NCBI RefSeq assembly: GCF_963921235.1
Contig: NC_086097.1
Span: 252,218,001 to 252,282,000 of the forward strand
Source of the DNA: Mobula hypostoma
Taxonomy: Eukaryota
Direction of reading: 5' to 3'
DNA length: 64,000 nucleotides
The notes beneath the pieces were generated by a model. It saw only the letters and a list, made by a program, of their open reading frames with translations, did not search any database and had not been told where the DNA came from. Positions 11,746 to 24,199 of the stretch are shown here, one piece after another; the first letter of the stretch is position 1; each line of letters starts with the position of its first letter. Both the position numbers and the translations under genes were made by a program.

Positions 11746-14700
11746 TTCATACTCTCCACAGCTCATCTCCGATGAGGACTGGCTTAAAAAAAGTTAAGAA
11801 GGTTAATAAGACGGAATACGAAAGTAAGCTAATCAATAATACAAAAAAACAGCAAAAGTTTCATCAGATACATAACGTGTAAAAGAGAGGTAACAGTAGA
11901 TATCGGACCACTGGAAAATGTTGGGGAAGCAGTATGGGGGTCAATAAATTAGCGGACAAACTGAATAAATATTTTGCATTGGTCTTCACTGTGGAAGACA
12001 TGAGCAGTAAGGTGGGAGTTTCAGGGGTGGGGGGCATGGAGTCTGTGAAGTTACCACAACAAGAGAAAAGATTCTTGGGAAACTGAAAGTTCTGGAAGTG
12101 GTTAAGGCACGGGTATAATTGTTGCCTTTTTGAAGAAAGTGGGAAATTCCACCCATAGGAGTGAGAGGTTGAAAATGACAGCACAAAACCAAGGCCATTT
12201 ACATTTAACTAAATCAAAGTTATGTTTGACAATTGTCAAACAAACCCAAGGATCTTTACTGGATGGGAAAGTTAAAAGAGGCTTCTCATCTTCAGGTCAA
12301 TGAGAACACATTGCCAAGTTTCAGACATAGAACATCACAACATAGTAAAAGCCTTCAGCCCATGATGTTGTGTTGACCTTCTAACCTATTTTAAAATCAA
12401 TCTAACCCCACCTCCCACATAGCCCTCTATTTTTCAATCATCCACGTATCTGCTTAAGAGTTTTTTTTTAAAATGCCCCTAATGAATCTGCCTTTATCAC
12501 AGCAGGATGTTCCACGCACCCACCACTCTCTATTAAATAGCTTACTTCTGACATCCCACCTGTACTTTCCTCCAATCACCTTAAGATTATGCACCCTTGT
12601 ATTAGTCACTTCCACCCTGGTATGAAGTCTCTGGCTGACCACGTGATCCACGCCTCAATCAGGCCTCCCTCTCAATCTCTCTCACTTCAAAGTGAAAAGC
12701 CGGAGCTTACTCAATCTGTCTTCACAAGACAGGGCCTCCAGTCCGGGCAGCATCCTGGTAAATCTCCTCTGCACTCTCTAAAGCTTCCAGGTCCTTCCTA
12801 AACAAACAGTCCAATGGACTTCTGGCTCATTATGACTGACACGTCCCCTATCAAGACATTTTTGACATCTATTATTTTTTCTGCGCTTGTGTAGTTTTGC
12901 GAGTCCAACCCCACAGCTCTCCAGTTTAAGGATTGGCATGGTGAACTTAGAATACTCCTCCTTACAACCTGCTAACAGATACAAATACAATCCTCTCAAA
13001 TCACCCTGTGCAGCTGAGAGTTCATGAAACACTGCAGTAGCAATGTTTTTCAGATCATAATTTTTAAAAGACCCTGAATCCATTGTAATAGGAAGGAACG
13101 TATGAAGAACAAAACTGCAGGTTTTTTTGAAAATTGAAAACCTCTGCAATGAAACCATCCTTTCTACAAGACAAAAAGTTGCAGGTGGAAGTATTGCATA
13201 CCCTAACCTCCAGAAAGAACAATGGAAATGGAGGACATCAAGAATTTTCAAGATTCTAGATTGTTTAATATCCTTTCCTGTACACAAGTGTAAAGGAAAA
13301 CAGAATAATTGTCACTCCAGGTTAGCTGCAGCACAAAAAAAACACCACAGATAAAGACCCAGCAAGACAGTGCCAGAGAGCAACAGCGACATCTTGCAGA
13401 TAGCTTGAAAAACTATTCTTTTAAATATACTACTACTTCTGAACTAGGATCGATTGCAGCGTTTGATTTCCCTTTTAAGTGTGTATTTTTGGGGAGACTG
13501 AATGATCAGGCACTTCTGTGATTTCCTGGGGGATTCAGCATGGAGTGCAGCTATGGCAGTCACTGGGGGTGTACGTTGCATTGATTCCTGAAGGCGGAAT
13601 ATGAACCTGTGCTTGGCTCCAGTATTCCGTGCTGATTAAAGCTCCGAGCAAGATTAAAACTGACGAGGACCAGAGCGGAAAATGAACGGGTGTTGAATAC
13701 CATCTGCCTGTGTTTGACTGGTCTCCCTCCTGCTGTTGCCAGCGGAAAGTGCAGGAATCTTGCGTCCCATGATGCAAGAGTCAATTGCCTTGGAGTCTTG
13801 TGGCTTGATACTGTGACCTCACTTTTGGCTGTGGTTTGATGTTTAATATCCTCAGTGCTGAACGTGCTGGTCTATGATACAGTGAAGGCTACATCAGTAA
13901 ATATATTTCATACAAGGTTGCATAGATTTTTGTATAGTAGGGGAATTAAGGTTTATGGGGAAAAGGCAGGTAGATGGAGATAAGTCCGTGGCCAGATCAG
14001 CCACGATCTTATTGAATGGCGGAGCAACTCAATGGGCCAGATGGCCTACTCCTGCTCCTAATTCTTGTTCTTATTTAATCAAGGTCTGTAGCCATCGACA
14101 CAACCGAGAACTGACTAACTTGGCAGCTGTGGCCATGGCCATCGGCTCCTGGACTGGCTTTGCTCGCCTCAGTGGTTCGTGGCTGTGGACCCACTTTCAG
14201 TGATTCTGCAGTTTGATGCTTAATGTTGTGTGTGATATTTGTTTGGACTTTTGTTGAGTGCACAGTTTATTCTTTTTTTCTCTCTCGCGTCTGATGGTGT
14301 CGTAGTGGGAGCTTTCTTCAAACAGGTTCTATTGTGTCACTTTGTTTTATGGCTATGTATCATTTCTTAATGCATGCATTACTAAATGACAATAAGACTA
14401 TATGTCTTCATAATCAAATGTGCAAGAAGACAAATCCCAAGGGTGTATACTTAGATAATAAGTGTACTTTGAAAACAGTAATAATGATAAACAATGCACA
14501 ATAAATATAAATATATAATTTACAAATGATCACTACGTCCATGCCAAAAAAACTGGTTACACTTCACAGCGCCATCTGTAAGATTAGGGTTCAATTCCGA
14601 CCGCTGTCTGTAAGAAGTTTGTACATTCTTCCTGTGGTTGCTTGAAGTTCCTCCGGTGTTCCGGTTCCCCCCCACGTTCCAAATTGATGCACAAGTTAGA

Positions 14701-14883
14701 AAGGGTTAATAAGTTGCAGGCATGATGATGGAAGCATGGCCACCAGCACATCTTTGGATCGCATTGCTGGTTGGTACGAATGACACATTTCACTGTATGC
14801 TTTGACATATGTGACAAATAATGCTAATTAACCAAAGTGATCCAAAGCCTAGGAGGCTTTGACTTCAACTGCCCTTCCAGATA

Positions 14884-15521
14884 CAGTGAATTCCAGTTAA
14901 TTGGGACACATCGTGATCAGGATATTTTAACCCAATTCAGCAGCTGCTCCAATTAGTTGAAGTCTCACAGAAATGAATAGAAAGGTATAAAAAAAATGAA
15001 AACTACCATTTAACTGAGTAACAAATTAGTTCCTAATAGCTATTGATGGGGGAATTCATCCAGACACCATCTATATGTCTCCACTGATTATGCTTATTTA
15101 TAGTCAAAAGAACACGGCAGCTTACACTGTATGAATTTCTTAATCATTAGGATCAGTTCTACAGTACCATAAGTGTATTAGTAGTGTTCTAATTATTTTG
15201 CATTTCATTTAATAGAGGGATGTCCATTTAGAACAGAGATAAGGAGGTACTTCTTTGGCCACAGGGTGGTGAATCTGTAGAATTCGTTACCAGGTGGCTG
15301 TGCCAGTCAAATCATTGGGTATATTTAAGACAGAGTTTGATAGATTCTTGATTAGTCAGGGAATGAAGGGGTACAGGGAGAAGGCAGGAGATTGGGGCTG
15401 TGAGGAAAAACAGACCAGCTGGGCCAAATGGTCTAATTCTGCTCCTATATCTTATGGTCAAGGTACATAATTTGTTACTCAGTTAAAAATAGCTTGTGTC
15501 CCAATTAACTGGAATCCATTG
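14884..15521. mobile_element. Tc1/mariner-type MITE with TA TSD, containing a CR1 fragment
   Basis: ta|cagtgaattccagttaattgggacaca ... tgtgtcccaattaactggaatccattg|ta. Confidence 0.8.
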
Positions 15522-15595
15522 TATATAAAAAAAAAGCTTATTTTTGGTGAACATATTGGTTCTGTAAAGATCAGAGGCTAACAAATGCACCTTAC

Positions 15596-15704
15596 CCTCT
15601 TTCTCCAGTCTGTCCATCAACATGGAACAGGACAAGCCTTCCATATTCATCATGTCCTACAGCGTTTCGTGCAGAGATCACGTTGATAAATTTTTCAAAA
15701 GATC
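15596..15704 (-). CDS. NAGPA: NAGPA coding exon 4 (109 nt)
   Basis: GSFEKFINVISARNAVGHDEYGRLVLFHVDGQTGERG read manually (not in ORF track); atacag acceptor, GG|GTAAG donor. Confidence 0.95.
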
Positions 15705-15784
15705 CTGTATAAAATAGAACATTTAATTATTGGAACATAATTGATTTATTTCAAACTCTACAATAACAAGATGCATTAATATAT

Positions 15785-15920
15785 AGAAGAGAAAATCTGC
15801 AGATGCTGGAAATCCAGAGCAACACACACAATATGCTGGAGGAACTCAGCAGCCCAGGCAGCATCTATGGAAAAGAGTAAACAGTCGACGCTTTGGCCTG
15901 AGACACTTCAGCAGGACTTA
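15785..15920 (-). mobile_element. Degenerate Penelope terminal fragment
   Basis: ctgcagatgctgg...cagtcgacg...cttcagcaggac; mutated hammerhead core. Confidence 0.7.
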
Positions 15921-16099
15921 ATATACAGCATTTAATATAGGAAAACAATACCAGGCTCTTGTGAAGGAGTTTGATTAATTTTGATTGATATTAATGTAAA
16001 GGAAATTACATTTGAATCATTGGTTGAAGGAGCTACTGTAGTCTGGGAAAGGGGAACACAAACCTTCAGCAATGACCAAAGTTAGCTGAAAGATGTAAT

Positions 16100-17450
16100 A
16101 CTGAGGCTTTATGTGGACGATACAAAGACAGGTGAAGGTGCAGGTATTGCTGAGAAAGCAGGGAACATGCAGAAGGACTTAAAACAGATTAGGAGAATGG
16201 GCGAAGAAGTGGCAGATGAAATACACGGTCATGCACTTTGTAGAAGCATAGATTATTTTTGAAGTGGGAGGAAAAAAAATCAAAAATAAGAGGTACAAAG
16301 GAACTTGGGAGTCCACGTGCAGGATTCTCTAAAGAGTAACTTGCAGGTTGAGTCACAGTGACAAACACAAATACAATGTAAGCATTCATTTTGGCTGGGT
16401 TCTGAGTTGGATGATCAGCCATGATCATAATAAATGGCGGTGCAGGCTCGAAGGGCCGAATGGCCTACTCCTGCACCTATTTTCTATGTTTCTATGTTTC
16501 TAGATATGAGGGGGATAGATAGAGTTGACGTGGATAGGCCTTTTCCATTGAGAGTGGGGAAGATTCAAACAAGAGGACATGAGTTGAGAGTTAAAGGGCA
16601 AAAGTTTAGGGGTAACATGAGGGGGACTTCTTTACTCAGAGAGTGGTAGCTGTGTGGAACGTGTTTCCAGCAGAAGTGGTTGAGGCAGGTTCGATGTTGT
16701 CATTTAAAGTTAAATTGGATAGATATATGGACAGGAAAGGAATGGAGGGTTATGGGCTGTGTGCAGGTCGGTGGAACTAGGTGAGAGTAGGAGTTCGGCA
16801 TGGACTAGAAGGGCCGAGATGGCCTGTTTCTGTGCTGTAATTGTTATATGGTTAATTACAAAAGCAAGGATGTAATGCTAAGACTTTATAAGGAATTGGT
16901 CAGACCACTCTTGGGGAGTATTGTGAGCAGTTTTGGCCCCATACCTAAGAAAGGTGCTGGCAATGGAGAGGATCCGTAGAAGGTTCATGAGGATGATCGA
17001 AGGATTGAAAAGGGTAACGTATGAGGAGCATTTGATGGCTCTGTGCCTGTACTTGCTGGAGTTTAGAAGAATGGGGGTGGGGTGGGGAGAAGAGGGACGT
17101 TATTGAAACTTATCGAATACTGAAAGGCCTAGATTGAGTGGACGTGCAGTTCATGTTTCTAATAGTGTAAAAGGGTGCAGCCTCAGTCTCAGTATAGAGG
17201 GTTGTCCACTTAGAACAGAGATATGGAGGAATTTCTTAATTCAGAAGGTTGTGAGTCTGTGCAATTCACCACAGATGGCAAGTCACTGTGTATATTTCAA
17301 GCAGAGATTGATATGTTCTTGATTAATCAGGACGCCAAAGGTTACAGGGAAAAGACAGGAAAATGGGGTTGAGAGGGACAATAAATCAGCCATGATGGAA
17401 TGGCGGAGCAGGCCTGATGGGTCATATGGGCTAATCCTGCTCCTATGTTA
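16100..17450 (+). mobile_element. Cluster of nested CR1 3' fragments
   Basis: At least three different CR1 3'UTR/tail types (ending near 16500, 16855 and 17450). Confidence 0.75.
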
Positions 17451-17651
17451 ATGGAGGAAATGGCCAGCTTTGAAGGAACATTTCTTAGAGCTATATTATT
17501 AGTATTTAATTGCTAGATTAGCAGTTCTAAACTGGAGAAAGGCCAATTTTGATGGCATCAGAAATGATCTGGTAAATGTAGATTGGGACAGGCTGCTCTC
17601 TGGCAAAGGTGTACTGAGAAAGCAGGAGGCCATCAAAAAGAAAAAGAAATT

Positions 17652-18197
17652 TTTTTTTTTTTTTTTTCTTTTTTTTCCCCAAAAAAAACCCCACCGTGCA
17701 ACTAACTAAAAGCAAAGCAAAGCAATGGGCTAACTTGAAACCAAACAGAGTTAAACTTAAAATCACGTCCTCAATCCCGACCTCCATTAAAACAGTGAAG
17801 AAAAAACAAGAAGGGTAAATATTACATTAAATGAAAATATCGAATAAAAGGTCCCCAAATCTGTTCAAATTTAAATGAAGAATCATAAAGGTTACTTCTA
17901 ATTTTCTCCAGATTCAAACATAAAATCGTCTGAGAAAACCAAAAAAAGGTAGTTGGAGCATTAAGCTCTTTCCAATGTTGTAAAATACATCTTTTCGCCA
18001 TTAAAGTAAGAAATGCAATCATTCTACGGGCTGAAGGGGAAAGATTACTAGAAATTTTAGGTAGTCCAAAGATAGCAGTAATAGGGTGAGGAGAGATATC
18101 TATATTTAATACCTTAGAAATAATATTGAAAATATCTCTCCAAAAAGTTTCCAAAGTAGGGCAAGACCAAAACATATGAGTTAAAGAGGCTATCTGC
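17652..18197 (-). mobile_element. L1 3' fragment (same subfamily as 60183) inserted in CR1
   Basis: LTHMFWSCP...[11 protein letters not shown] matches the 60.2 kb copy; aaaaagaaatt repeated at 17641 and 18198. Confidence 0.9.
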
Positions 18198-19793
18198 AAA
18201 AAGAAATTGAGAGTACAAAGCTTGTATGTACCTGTCAGAATAAAAGGCAAAGATAACAAGGGTAGGGAACCTTGGTTTTCAAGAGACATTAGGACACTGG
18301 TTAAGAGAAAGAAAAAAGGTGCATAGCAGGTATAGGCAAGTAGGAACAAATGAGGTGCTTATGTAGTACAAGGGGAGGGGGACTAATATCCTAGCAGGAA
18401 GGTTTGTTAATGCTGCACGATGGGGTTTAAACTAGTATTGTAGGGGGATGGGACCCAGAGTGTCAGAACAGTTAGTAGAGAGGTTGTGGAGTCAGATGTT
18501 AGTAAGACTTCAGACAAAGTTTGGAATCAAAAGATTGAGCATGATAGTGTCCTGAGCTGTATATATTTCAATGCAAGAAGTACTGTAGCAAAGGCAACTG
18601 ATAGAGGAAATATGAAGTGGGAAGAGGCTGTTGATAGGGTAAAATTGCAGTCAACAGTCTGCGTGCGTCCGCAATGATGTCTTTTTATGGGGGGGGAGCC
18701 ACCCCTCACACAGACATTTTTGCCGTATTTTCCCTTTTATTTTACGAGGTTGAGTTGCGATCTTGAGACTCAACCCGGCACAGATGGAAAGCATACTCGG
18801 GAGTGGACCCGACTGGTTTCAAGCCCGGGGACCTCCGCTCCCGGGTCCCGCACTGATGTCATTGCGCCACCAGCCTGCTCTGAAATGCTTTTTGTTTGCA
18901 ACCATCCACGAAAACAGGAGTGTCCCGAAAGAATGAAAGACAGTTAAACGTTAGAACCCCACAGCCACATCTCCCCCTGCCCCCCCCAGCTGTGAGCATT
19001 TATAGTGAGAAACACTTTGGACCCCTCTTTCATCTCCATCTGTAGATGGGCCTCAGCTAAGTCCACTTTGCTGAAGTGTTTCCCTCCAGAAAGATTTGCA
19101 AAGATATCCTTTAACCTAGGCAGAGGGTATTGATCTACTCTCAGTACAGGTTTGATAGTAATGTTAAAATCACTACAGATCCTGTCAGACCTATTCTTCT
19201 TTGTTTCTGCACCACTGGCATTGCCCATGAGTTCAATCTTGGAAAGAGTTCCTTCAGTCTCCATGGGATCTATCTCACTGACTCCTTTAATTGCAGATGG
19301 TTTAAGGAGCTGGATTGGCTTTGTAAAACTTGGGTGTGACATTTTCATTTAACACTATTTTACTCTTGATATGTGAGTTTTCCATTGTCATCCCTGAACA
19401 CAGTCGTGGCATCATCCAGTACCTTTCTTAATTCACTTTCAAATGGCTTCCTTGCAGGGGATGTGGCATACAAAAGGTGGATGGATCTCCAATCAAGTTG
19501 TAGTTGTCTCAGCCAATCACACCTCCACAATGCTGGTCCTTCTGTTTTTAGCACATACAGGCTTAATGCGGCTTGTTGTATTTCGCTGTAATGAATGTCA
19601 TTCCCATAGCAGTTATCCTTTTTCCAGTATAAGTTTTTAGTTGGATATTTGCAAGCTTCAGTTCAGAATCGTTGAAATGCTGTTCAAATTCATTTTGTGG
19701 AATGACTGGAACAGCTGAGCCAGTGTCCAATTCCATTTTAATTAATTTGCTGTTCAATCCTGGTGCAAGCCATACTGTTTGTCTTTTTAAACG

Positions 19794-20017
19794 CAAACAA
19801 CAGGAATTCTGCAGATGCTGGAAATTCAAGCAAACAAATCAAAGTTGCTGGTGAACGCAGCAGGCCAGGCAGCATCTGTAGGAAGAGGATTTCCCTTACT
19901 CACTCTTCCTTCAGTTAGTCCTGACGAAGGGTCTCAGCCTGAAACGTCGACTGCACCTCTTCCTACAGATGCTGCCTGGCCTGTTGCATTCAGCAGCAAC
20001 TTTGATGTGTTTGCTTG
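19794..20017. mobile_element. Miniature Penelope insertion with inverted terminal copy
   Basis: About 60-bp inverted arms around a hammerhead; host sequence tgtttgtctttt duplicated on both sides; inserted in a Gypsy fragment. Confidence 0.8.
19916..19953 (+). ncRNA. Minimal hammerhead ribozyme motif
   Basis: tagtc-CTGACGA-agggtctcagcct-GAAACGTC-gactg. Confidence 0.7.
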
Positions 20018-20978
20018 TTTGTCTTTTGTTAATTTTCGCACTGTAAATCTCAAGGCCGTACGGTTCTGAGTCTCTCATCATTATCAGATTTTTCATCAAT
20101 AGCACGTAGATTAGTGTTCTTTTTGAGACTGCATCTTGACTTTTTAAATCTTTTTTTCCATTCCTTTTGATTCTACTTATGAAACCTAAAGCAGCCTGTA
20201 ATCAATGATGTCTTAGGTTCTAAATGTTTGTGCATTACTTTGACAATATCAGCAAAGCTCATTTCTGCTGGTTTGGTTGGAGCAGTCAAACTTCATAGCA
20301 AACAATATGCCTTCAAATCCAATGTACTCAGCAAAATTGGTACTCATTTCTCATTGGCTATTTCATTTGCTCTAAAATATTGTTCAAATAGACTAGTATA
20401 CATATTCCAGTCATCTTTTGTGCAATTGAACATGTCAACATTTCTAATCTTTACACTTCTGTTCTTTTTGTGCTTAATATAATGCCGTACTCACTCTTTA
20501 TAAACCTGTGAAGGCATGACAGTAGCTAGATTTCATTAGGAGTGACAGTAGACTTGGTATGTCACCAAAGACTCTCACAAGTTTCTACAAATGTACCACA
20601 GAGAATATTCTAACTAGTTACATCACCATCTGATATGGAGGCACCATGGCACAGGAGCACAGGATTAGAAAAGCTGTGCAGAATTGCTACCCTGAAGAGA
20701 CACTCAACGTTTCAAGAGCAGCTTCTTACCCTCTGCCATCAAATTTCTGAACGGACAATGAACCCATTTACTATATCTTGCTCTCTTTTTGCACTATTTA
20801 ATATTTTTATACACATTTATTGGAAGTTATAATTGTGTACTGCTGCGCAACAAATCTCTTGACATATGCCAGTGATATTAAACCTGGCTCAATACATCCG
20901 TATTTCATTCCAGCATGGTGAAGAATTAATATACTTTCTTTACTCATTAAGCCACAAGTTTTCACTGTTGTACTGTAC

Positions 20979-21118
20979 CTGTTTCTTGAGACTCTGAACA
21001 CTCAGCTGACTGGCTCTCATTAATATAAGTGGTGCCATTTCGCAGGAGCCACACAACCCCACTCACAAGCTGAACAAATGGATTCTCATTGTCCAGAACA
21101 TCCTCTTCTGATAGATAC
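20979..21118 (-). CDS. NAGPA: NAGPA coding exon 3 (140 nt)
   Basis: YLSEEDVLDNENPFVQLVSGVVWLLRNGTTYINESQSAECSESQET; tcttag acceptor, G|GTACAG donor; phase consistent. Confidence 0.95.
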
Positions 21119-21589
21119 CTAAGAGAATTTGGAGAACTATGGTTAACATTAATGTTGGACGTTAACTTCTGTTTATATCTACACAATACAGGCAAACTCA
21201 ACAAACTGATAACAGAACTTATAATAACAAGTCCAGCAGTTGTTCTCCCTACATTACAGTCTTCCCTAGATAGAATGCATGTAGAGAGGATGTTTCCTAT
21301 AGTGGGAGCATCCAAGACCAGCGGGCACAGTCTCAGAATAGAGATGAGGAAGAATTTCTTTAGCCAGAGGATGAATTCATTGCCAGACAGTTGTGGAGGC
21401 CAGGTCATTGGGCATATTTAAAAAGGTTGAGAAGGTCTTGGTTAGTCAGGGTGTCAAAGATTACCAGGAGAAGGCAGGAGAATGGGGTTGAGTGGGATAA
21501 TGGATCAGCTGTGATGGAGTGGTGGAGCAGACTCAATGGGCTGAATGGCCTAATTCTGCTGCTATGTTTTATGGTCTAATTACTGTATG

Positions 21590-22075
21590 GAGCTGAATCA
21601 TGGACCACCTACAGTAGGCACCTGAAAGCCCTGGAACAATACCGCCAAAGAACCTTATGATAGATCTCTACCACAATCCAACTGTGACGGATAGGTCATG
21701 GCATCTGGATGTCTAATCCACTATCTCCCAAAGAAACCTTTTACTCCCAGTTGAAAAAAGGTCAGCAAAAACTTGGTAGGCAAAGGAAACACTTAAAAGG
21801 TAACATCAAAATCAGCCTGAAGAAATTCAACACTACATGTAAAATCTAGGAATTGACAGATACATCTGGAAGAAATCTGTTCAAGAGGGAGGTTGCTACA
21901 TGAGGACAACCTCCTTTGTGCTACAGAGTACAAGTGGCAGCTGCAAAAGGAGAGACTGAACAATCAATAAACCCAACCATTAACCACAGCCACCACTTAC
22001 TCGTGCCCACACTGCACCAGAATGTGGAACCTGCTAGACCACTCCTTAGGAGATCATACTCCACTCAAGTGATCG
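21590..22075 (+). mobile_element. Decayed RTE-clade LINE 3' fragment
   Basis: LPKKPFYSQL..KRS..SLKKFN..CPHC-like remnants. Confidence 0.55.
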
Positions 22076-22907
22076 GGCTAGTACTATAATCGCGATATGA
22101 ATCAGAATTCCATGGTAAAGAAAAACTGTGGCTCTCTAACTACAACTCTCCTTGGCTTTAGTGCTGTGGACCCAGAGGACGAGGGACTGCAAATTTTAAA
22201 TTCTTGATCATAAGAGGTTTTGAGGAGGGCGAGGAGGGCGCTGAAGAGGTTTACCAGGATATTGCCTGGTTTAGAGGGTGTGTGCTATCATGAGAGGTTG
22301 CACAAACTTAGCTTGGTTTCTCTGGAGTGGTGGAGGCTCAAGGGAGATCTGAGAGAGATCTCTAAGATTAAAAGAGGCAAGATAGAGTAGACAAACAGTA
22401 TCTTTTTTCCAGGGTTGAAATGACAAATACCAGAGGGCATGGTGAGAGGGGGTAATTTCAAAGGACATGCCAGGGGCAAGTTTGTTTGCTGTTTTTTGTT
22501 TACTCGGAGTGGTGGGTGCCTGGAATGCCCTGCCTGGGGTGGTGGTAGAGGCAGATACATTAGGGACTTTTAAGAGACGTTTAGGTAGGCACATGAATGT
22601 GATGAAAATGGAAAGATATGGACATTGTGTAGACAGGGGAGATTAGCTTAGCTGGCCATTTGATTACTAATGTAATTGGTTCCACACAACACCGTGGGCC
22701 AAAGGGCCTGCTCCACGTTTCATACTGGCCAGCAGCAGAGTACGACAATATTGTGGGGGAAGAATAATATAAACAATTCTCAAGAATTAAACTGTCACTT
22801 TGAGAAGCATGGATTAAGGAGGTTCCTTGTTTTTTAAAAACAGTAACTTTTGTCCAGTTAGCCTTATTAAACACTTTCTAACAGCTTTGATGAAGGTGGT
22901 GCAGAAA

Positions 22908-23180
22908 GGGTGTAACGGTAGTGTAGCGGTTAGCTGAACGCTGTTATAGCTCGGAATGTCAGAGTTCATTTCTGCCGTTCTCTGTAAGAAGTTTGTACGT
23001 CTGCCTGACGAAAGTGTGGGTCTTCTCCGGGTGCCCCACTGTCCTCCCACAGCTGGAAGACATATTGGCTAGAAGGTTAACTGGTCATTGTAAATTGTCC
23101 AATGATGAGGCTCAGGTTAAATTAGGGGTTGCTGGGCAGTCGGCTGAAAGGGCTGGAATGGTTTTTTCTGTGCGGTATCT
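22908..23180 (+). mobile_element. V-SINE/HE1-like SINE (related copy at about 14560-14830)
   Basis: tRNA-like head, tttgtacgt...tctccgggtgcc...cctcccaca V-domain-like core. Confidence 0.6.
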
Positions 23181-24199
23181 TAAAGTTCAGAGTAAATTTA
23201 TTATCAAAGTATATATATGTCACCATATACAACCTTGCGTGACAGACTAAAAAAAATACAACCCTGAGATGCAGTTTCTTGTGGGACAGAATCAATGAAA
23301 GACTGCACCAACCAGTGTGCAAAAGATTGTCTTTTATAAACTGTGCAAATACAAAATGAAAAAATAATAATAAAGAAACAAGCAATAAATAGCTTGTGAT
23401 GAAGAGTCCTTGAAAGAGAATCCATAGGTTGAGGGAACAGTTCAGTGATGGGGCAAGTGAGAGTGAATGAAGTTATCCTTATTGGTTAAGAGCCTGATGG
23501 TTGAGTGGTAATAACTGTTCCTGAACCTGATGGTGTGGGTCCTGAGGCTCCTATACCTCCTTCCTGATGGCAGCGGTAATAAGAAAACGTGATCTGAGTG
23601 GTGAGGCCCCTGATGATGGATGCTTAAGGTCTTACTTTCAAGGACTCTTCGTCTCGATGGAGACCATAAGACACAGGAGCAGAATTAGGCCATTAGGCCC
23701 ATTGAGTCTGTGCCACCATTTCATCATGGCTGATCCATTTCCCTCTCAGCCCCAATCCCCTGCCTTCTCTGGCTAAAAAGGGTGGTGAATCTGCGGAATT
23801 CATTGCCACCAATGGCTATGGAGGCCAAGTCACTGGGAATATTTAAAGTGGAGGTTGATTAGTTCTTGATTAATCAGGGTGTCAAAAGATTATACGGAAA
23901 AGGGTAGAAAATGAGTATGAGAGGGAATAATAAATCAGACATGATGGGCCGAATGGCCTAATTCTACTCCCATGTCTTATGCTATTGCAGTCTTACATTC
24001 TGACATATACAAACTTCTATAATAAGTTTACTTTAACATTGAAACTGGATCTGGTGATTTACTTGAACATTGCTTACGCTAGTTATGCATGATTCTGGGA
24101 TTACAATTTAAAGATTACATAAAATACAAAGCTTGGGAATATAATAAAGTACACAACAATCACACACAACAAGCAGATATACAGAGACTGGTGAAATCT

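Larger units (their letters stand above)
18945..20500 (-). mobile_element. Gypsy LTR retrotransposon internal fragment (gag, protease, RT), decayed
   Basis: MELDTGSAV protease motif; PVLRVDQYPLPRLKDIFANLSGGKHFSKVDL RT segment. Confidence 0.85.

Noticed and set aside
12778..13354. 169-aa minus-strand ORF and overlapping ORFs in non-repeat-looking DNA
   Set aside because: No recognisable motif or splice structure; cannot be supported without a search
13655..13690. CTGACGA...GAAA hammerhead-like spacing
   Set aside because: No stem II or stem I pairing and no suitably placed NUH triplet
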